A stretch of 61,703 nt of DNA, filler included, from Nanobdellati archaeon (GTDB lineage Archaea; Nanobdellota; Nanobdellia; Woesearchaeales; JAADFO01): NCBI GenBank assembly GCA_013152815.1. It is 5 parts of 5 records of this genome, joined end to end, with 100 filler letters (N's around TTAATTAATTAA, not from the genome) between each part and the next. Parts side by side here need not be neighbours in the genome. Positions count along the whole stretch, not along the records: positions 56,982 to 61,703 come from JAADFO010000062.1; 4 more parts are not named here. One strand, given 5' to 3'. How positions within the stretch are numbered: the stretch's first letter is position 1; each line of letters begins with the position of its first letter. The notes beneath the pieces are model-generated. The model saw only the letters and a program-made list of their open reading frames with translations, had not been told where the DNA came from and ran no database searches. Made by a program: the position numbers and the translations under genes. Positions 57,356-61,703 of the stretch are shown piece after piece.

Positions 57356-58169
57356 CTATTTCTTTTTTTCATCCCACCCGGGATGATACGGGATTATATC
57401 TCAGCCGCAATTGATCACCTCGCTGAGCGGCGCTGTGGGATCGCGCGGATACATCATGCTCACCCCGCCTATGCTGAAGGGCTCTCCAACTGGCACGCGG
57501 TTTCCATCCGCCCACAGGTGGCTCTGGCTCCTTCGGATGCCCGCGGTGCCTCCACTCCTTCATCATGCCGGGCGCGGCCTTCTCCGCCTGCTTCATCCGC
57601 TCGAACGTCGCCCGCGAAAACGTCCTGCCCATCTCGGTCTTGGTGATCACCTCCGCGCGGTTCTCGATCGTGCCGAACACGCTCGGCTTGTCCACCTGCC
57701 CCACGATCGACTGCATCACCTCGTGCGGTGTCTTCTGCCCGAGTACGCCGAGGGTGAGCTCTGCGCGTATCTTGTCCCACGCGGCATCCGAGAGGCTGCC
57801 GATCTTGTGGAAGGCGAAATCCTTCAGCGTCCTGAGCACCGTCTCTGGCAGCTCGCCGAACCCGAAGGCCACGCCCGATGCCTCCGCGTATGCATCGACC
57901 AGGCCGGCGCCGAAGCCCCATGCGTCGTCGAGCAGCCCGCCCATCTCGTTCACGGCCCCTCCGCGGAAGCGGTCGAGGCTGTACTGTATGCCGTCGAGGG
58001 CCTTCTTCAGCCTGTACGAGTCGAACTCGCCCTCGGGTATGTGACTCAGCTCGATGATCACCTGAGATTTCACCTCCTCGAGGAGCCTGATCATCGCCTC
58101 GACTCCCTCGATCATCCGCTCATCCTTGGCGCGGAGGATTTTTTCGATTTCCGGACTCACCCAGGCCAC
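57356..58169 (-). CDS. Phage minor head protein (Mu gpF/SPP1 gp7-like), candidate selenoprotein; frameshift near 57520-57535
   Basis: RAE.I..TE..R and K.W.H motifs; shifted frame gives SH..ADG..VP.GEPF...G..MMYPRDP.AP..EVINCG-UGA(57403-57401)-DIIPYHPGWDEKKK-TAG. Confidence 0.8.
57369..57386 (-). promoter_or_regulatory. Bacterial-type SECIS candidate
   Basis: UCAUCCC-GGGU-GGGAUGA hairpin at +15 to +32 after the in-frame UGA; G-rich loop at +22 to +25. Confidence 0.7.
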
Positions 58170-58282
58170 TTTTTCACGCCCCCCAGACGCACGGAGATGC
58201 GTTATAACAGGGTGTCAAGGAGAAATACGCTGTTGGGGCCGTCCCTGCCGCCTTCGAGGCCTCTGAGGGCCTCTCGTTCCAC

Positions 58283-59662
58283 CTACTGGTAGTCTTGATA
58301 GTCTTCATACGTCTTCTCTTCCTTCAGCTTTTCCCTCACCGCCTCAGGGTCGTATTCGAACCCGAGAAACGCGAGGCCGAACGCATACGCCTTCTGTGCC
58401 GTCTCGTCGTCGATCCAGCCCATGGTCTTGGCGGAGACGAGCGAGGCCGTGAGCTGCTGAAGCGCGGTCGAGTACTTCGCTATATCCATCTGCTCGATCT
58501 CGGGGATCGAGATGGAGAAGGCGAAGGCCTCGTCCTCGGGCACCTGCAGGTAGCGCGCATCGAGGGCCTTCCTGATCACGAACGTGAAGAGGCTCTCGAT
58601 CATGTGCTTCACCTTCTGCTGCCTGGCCGAGAGCATCTTCATGGTCGGCAGACCCATCTCCGCAGCAGTGGCGCGGTTCACGTCTCCGCCGCCTCCGTAC
58701 CAGTGCTCGGGCAGCCCCCTTGCGCCAAGGATGTGGTTCCTCAGCAGCCTTGCGCCCTTGTCCGCATCCACAGCCTTGAGTTCAGGTGTGACGGCCGTCC
58801 ACTTCACCTTTTCGTTGTGCGCCCGCACACTGCCGGGCTTCGGCGGAGCGCCGTTCTTCTTCAGCCACTCCTCTATCTGCGCTTCATCCATGCCCTCAAG
58901 GAGGACGTCCCAAACGAAAGCGTTCAGCATGGGCCACTTGTCCGCGTAGTCGAAGAGGAACTGCTCGTATCCGTCGAGCCAGTCCGCCACCACGAAGAGG
59001 TCAGAGGTGCCGCGTGGTGCGTTCGTGACGTTGTTCACGCGGAAGAAGAAGACCTCACCGTCGCGGTACTTCTCCCTCATGGACTTCGCACTCTTCGAGA
59101 GAAACGCGCCGTCGAGAATCACCCTGTATTTCTTGCCCTCCGTCGCCCCGGCCTTGGCCTTCAGGATCACACCGATCACGACCTTCACGTTTTCGGGATC
59201 CGTCACGACCTCCTTCACCGAGGCCGGGTCGATGTATCCGAGCCGCACCCTGCCGGTCTGCTCAGAGACGTATGCAGGCCATATCTGCTCCCCGTATATG
59301 CCGAGTTCACGCACGTAGTTTTCGAGGTACAGGTCCATGCGATTGACCGGATCAAGCCAGAATTGATCGAGTATCTCTTTCACCTTTTCATTCTCCGCGT
59401 CATAGGTGATGCCCTCGGCCAGCACGAAGTCCTTCACGATCTCGATCAGCCAGTTCCCGAGCGGATTCGTCTTCCACAGCCAGTACGAGATCTCGATCAT
59501 CCGCTCCTGGGTCACGCTCGGCAGCGCCCTCGTGGGCGAGCCAGTGAGCTTGCGGAATCCCGGCTCTTCCGTGCCGAGCACCGCAGCCTGCATCCGCTCC
59601 TGCACTTTCTTCTCGATGACCGTTCCGAACAGCCGCTCTGCTATCTTTTCCCTGATGCTCAT
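58283..59662 (-). CDS. Phage portal protein
   Basis: ~460 aa directly after terL with ATGA overlap; 'RG.SDL', 'GLPEHW.G...D.NRATA..M' pattern. Confidence 0.8.
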   Translation of the reverse strand: MSIREKIAERLFGTVIEKKVQERMQAAVLGTEEPGFRKLTGSPTRALPSVTQERMIEISYWLWKTNPLGNWLIEIVKDFVLAEGITYDAENEKVKEILDQFWLDPVNRMDLYLENYVRELGIYGEQIWPAYVSEQTGRVRLGYIDPASVKEVVTDPENVKVVIGVILKAKAGATEGKKYRVILDGAFLSKSAKSMREKYRDGEVFFFRVNNVTNAPRGTSDLFVVADWLDGYEQFLFDYADKWPMLNAFVWDVLLEGMDEAQIEEWLKKNGAPPKPGSVRAHNEKVKWTAVTPELKAVDADKGARLLRNHILGARGLPEHWYGGGGDVNRATAAEMGLPTMKMLSARQQKVKHMIESLFTFVIRKALDARYLQVPEDEAFAFSISIPEIEQMDIAKYSTALQQLTASLVSAKTMGWIDDETAQKAYAFGLAFLGFEYDPEAVREKLKEEKTYEDYQDYQ

Positions 59663-61329
59663 GCCACCTGCCTCCTGCGCATCCATCGTCCCAGAAGCCC
59701 TTTCCTCTCTGCGTGATAATCAGCCTTTCCCGCCTCCACACCGCCCGAGGCAGCCTTCACGAGGCCTGCCTCAATCATGCTCTTCAGCTGCTCGAGTGCG
59801 TCAGGACCGTCGTCGTGATCCGCCATGGGGTAGTGCCTCAGTTGCTCGAGCAGAGCCCTCATGTTCCGCCTGAATCGGATCCAGCCGTTCTTGATCCAGG
59901 GCTGCAGCGTCTGTATCCTGAGAAACTTGTCCGTGTTCGGCCTCAGCTCGACCACATTCAGCGTGAGTCCGCGCCGGTGGGCTTCCTTCTCGAGGGTGTC
60001 CTTGAAAAATTCCTGAAACTGTATTGATTCCACACCGAACTGATCGAACGGATCCCGCTCGTGATACGTCAAGATATCATTGATGATCCGGTCCGGATGC
60101 CGCTTCTCTATGTCGGCGATATCGAGATACAGTATCCCGTTCTTGTACCTCCCGCCCACGATTGCAGAGGGATCCCTCCTCTTGCCCTTTTTCCCCATTG
60201 ACGGGTCCACTACGCCTGCGTGAGGCACGCCTTCGAGGTTCACGTCCTCATCGTCCCAGAACTGGAACCATTCCTCCTGGAACAGACAGTCCTCAGGATT
60301 GATCGGCTCGTTCTGTTTTTCCGAGTCGAAATATGCAGGGCCTTCAGCTATGCGCATCTTCATGAGGTAATAGTAATCCTCCACCTCTGGCCACAGCACT
60401 TCCGCCCCTTCCAGCATCTCAGCCCTGTGTGCCTCGAAGAATTCATCCGCCCTTGCCTCTGCCTCTTCCTTTCCCACGGTCAGGTCGGTGAATATTTCCT
60501 CCCACCTGTCCCATAGCCTTGACTGTGAAAATTTCAAGACTGACTTGAATTTCCTTCCCTTCCAGCCAGGCTTGCGCAAGAGATTCTGAAGCAGGCTGTC
60601 GTAATGAAGAATTGTTCCGATCACGATATAGACCGTATCCTTCTGCCCTATTTTCATGAGCGCCTTGAAAAACCACTTCTCGAGCTTTTTCCTCTGCTCC
60701 GGCGATTCGACCGCCTCGTCGTTTTCAAGGTCGTCGCATATCACCAGGTCAGGCCTGCGGCTTCCATGCCTCATGCCGCGCAGTTTCTGCCCTGCGCCGA
60801 CCCCGCGGATCTTCACGCCGTTCCTGGTGATGATCGTAGATGCCCGCCAGATCGGCCCCTCTCCGCAGAGGTCCGGAAAATCCTGCTTCAGCCTTTCATT
60901 CGTCTCCAGCTCGGCCTTGATGAACTGGATGAAGTCTTCCGACTGCGCAGCCGTCTCAGATACGATCAGCGAGAACGTCCTGTACCTGTATGCAGCACAC
61001 CACAGGGGAAGCACCAGGGTCGTCCACGTGGACTTCGCATTTCCACGAGGAGCGGCATCCGCCTCCCTGTCACCTATGCCTGTCTCCATCGCCTGGATGA
61101 TCATTTCGGGATAGCGCGTGCATATGTACTCATGCAGTGCAGAACCAGGCGCCTCGATGTAGTGCGGGAAATAGGTCCTGCCGAAGTAATCGAGATCCAT
61201 TGCCGCCCTGCCGACCCTCTCACGCTGAGCCTCCCTGCTCTCACGGAAGGGCTTTGCCTTCGAGAGTATCAATGCCCTGAGGGCCTCGATCTCGCGGTCG
61301 AACTTTCTTTCCTTCTGACTACGTGCCAT
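59659..61329 (-). CDS. Phage terminase large subunit
   Basis: APRGNAKST Walker A, RPDLVICDDLEND Walker B, GTILH.DSLL, VDPS, ES.QFQ, HDDGPDAL nuclease motif. Confidence 0.95.
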   Translation of the reverse strand: MARSQKERKFDREIEALRALILSKAKPFRESREAQRERVGRAAMDLDYFGRTYFPHYIEAPGSALHEYICTRYPEMIIQAMETGIGDREADAAPRGNAKSTWTTLVLPLWCAAYRYRTFSLIVSETAAQSEDFIQFIKAELETNERLKQDFPDLCGEGPIWRASTIITRNGVKIRGVGAGQKLRGMRHGSRRPDLVICDDLENDEAVESPEQRKKLEKWFFKALMKIGQKDTVYIVIGTILHYDSLLQNLLRKPGWKGRKFKSVLKFSQSRLWDRWEEIFTDLTVGKEEAEARADEFFEAHRAEMLEGAEVLWPEVEDYYYLMKMRIAEGPAYFDSEKQNEPINPEDCLFQEEWFQFWDDEDVNLEGVPHAGVVDPSMGKKGKRRDPSAIVGGRYKNGILYLDIADIEKRHPDRIINDILTYHERDPFDQFGVESIQFQEFFKDTLEKEAHRRGLTLNVVELRPNTDKFLRIQTLQPWIKNGWIRFRRNMRALLEQLRHYPMADHDDGPDALEQLKSMIEAGLVKAASGGVEAGKADYHAERKGLLGRWMRRRQVA

Positions 61330-61703
61330 ACTTTTCCCTTGCATACGCTACATAGTCGTCGAAGACCTTCTCGATCGCATCGACGCTGTCCGGCTCATTC
61401 CTCGAAAGCCATTCGATCAGGTCCTTCATGAAATCGAGAAACAGCGAGGCTTTCTGTGCCTGGATTTTTTCCTTGATGTCGACTATCGTCTTCACGAGAT
61501 TGGTGTATGCATATATCGCCTGATGATCCGCCCCCTGCGGCCCCAGGCTCTCGAAATACTTTTCGTATCGATCCTTCTGTGCTTCGAGCGAGGCGATCAT
61601 CCTGGCCTCGTCGCTCATCACCGCATCCTTCACCTTCCGCTCTTCCGCCTCGGCCCGCGCGGCACGGCCCTTCCAGTCGTACTTGTCGCGCCAGCTGTAC
61701 AGC
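61319..61703 (-). CDS. Putative terminase small subunit (5' truncated)
   Basis: Immediately upstream of and overlapping terL; 'LYSWRDKYDW' HTH-like segment at window end. Confidence 0.6.
   Translation of the reverse strand, partial: LYSWRDKYDWKGRAARAEAEERKVKDAVMSDEARMIASLEAQKDRYEKYFESLGPQGADHQAIYAYTNLVKTIVDIKEKIQAQKASLFLDFMKDLIEWLSRNEPDSVDAIEKVFDDYVAYAREKYGT

Larger units (their letters stand above)
56982..61703 (-). mobile_element. Tailed-phage/prophage packaging and head module
   Basis: Co-oriented terS-terL-portal-gpF/gp7 order with overlapping genes; AGGAGG SD at 57352-57357. Confidence 0.92.

Noticed and set aside
57401..57403. UGA reassignment to Trp/Gly across the phage genome
   Set aside because: terL ends in TGA with an ATGA overlap, long ORFs need no other UGA read-through, and the position aligns with Cys
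57369..57520. ORF-track C-terminus PPVGGWKPRASW...SRVG of the minor head protein
   Set aside because: Out-of-frame tail; the conserved H..ADG, YPRDP and INC motifs are in the other frame
58201..58218. Sigma70 promoter (TTGACA and TATAAC on the minus strand)
   Set aside because: Spacer is only 6 nt
58295..59716. Long antisense ORFs (also 24049-25125, 32442-33398, 23031-23876, 10523-11359, 60604-61431)
   Set aside because: Shadows of well-supported genes on the opposite strand in GC3-rich DNA; no motifs
1..61703. CRISPR array, rRNA, integrase or transposase genes
   Set aside because: No regularly spaced repeat-spacer pattern, rRNA signature or recombinase motifs seen by eye

Overview
The window is five assembly contigs joined by 100-bp artificial linkers (N44-TTAATTAATTAA-N44 at 22311-22410, 50194-50293, 53411-53510, 56882-56981), so gene adjacency across linkers is not biological. 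Contigs 1-4 look like a DPANN archaeon, most likely Woesearchaeota (inference): archaeal radA/radB, rpo3, eL18, aMBF1, taw1 and rpp30, TATA boxes, GGTGA Shine-Dalgarno sites, oligo-T terminators, fermentative and salvage enzymes, a bacterial-type pgi-zwf-gnd operon, a glycosylation cluster and PKD/CARDB surface proteins. Contig 5 (56982-61703) is a tailed-phage packaging/head module (small and large terminase, portal, gpF/gp7-like minor head protein) and is probably of bacterial origin. The strongest signals are absent from the ORF track: (1) the phage minor head gene has an in-frame UGA at the second Cys of its N-C-x-C motif, followed by a bacterial SECIS-like hairpin, making it a candidate phage-encoded selenoprotein; (2) a tRNA-Gly(CCC) split by two non-canonical BHB-type introns (20/21 and 59/60); (3) tandem NrdR boxes 31 bp apart behind an archaeal-type promoter in front of nrdR; (4) an unannotated 56-aa Cc1-like chromatin protein; (5) a palindromic operator between hsp20 and a divergent regulator; (6) several highly structured intergenic elements (MITE or ncRNA candidates) and structured ribosomal-protein leaders. 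Four frameshifts suggest indel-prone sequencing. All family calls come from motif recognition by eye; no database search was run.
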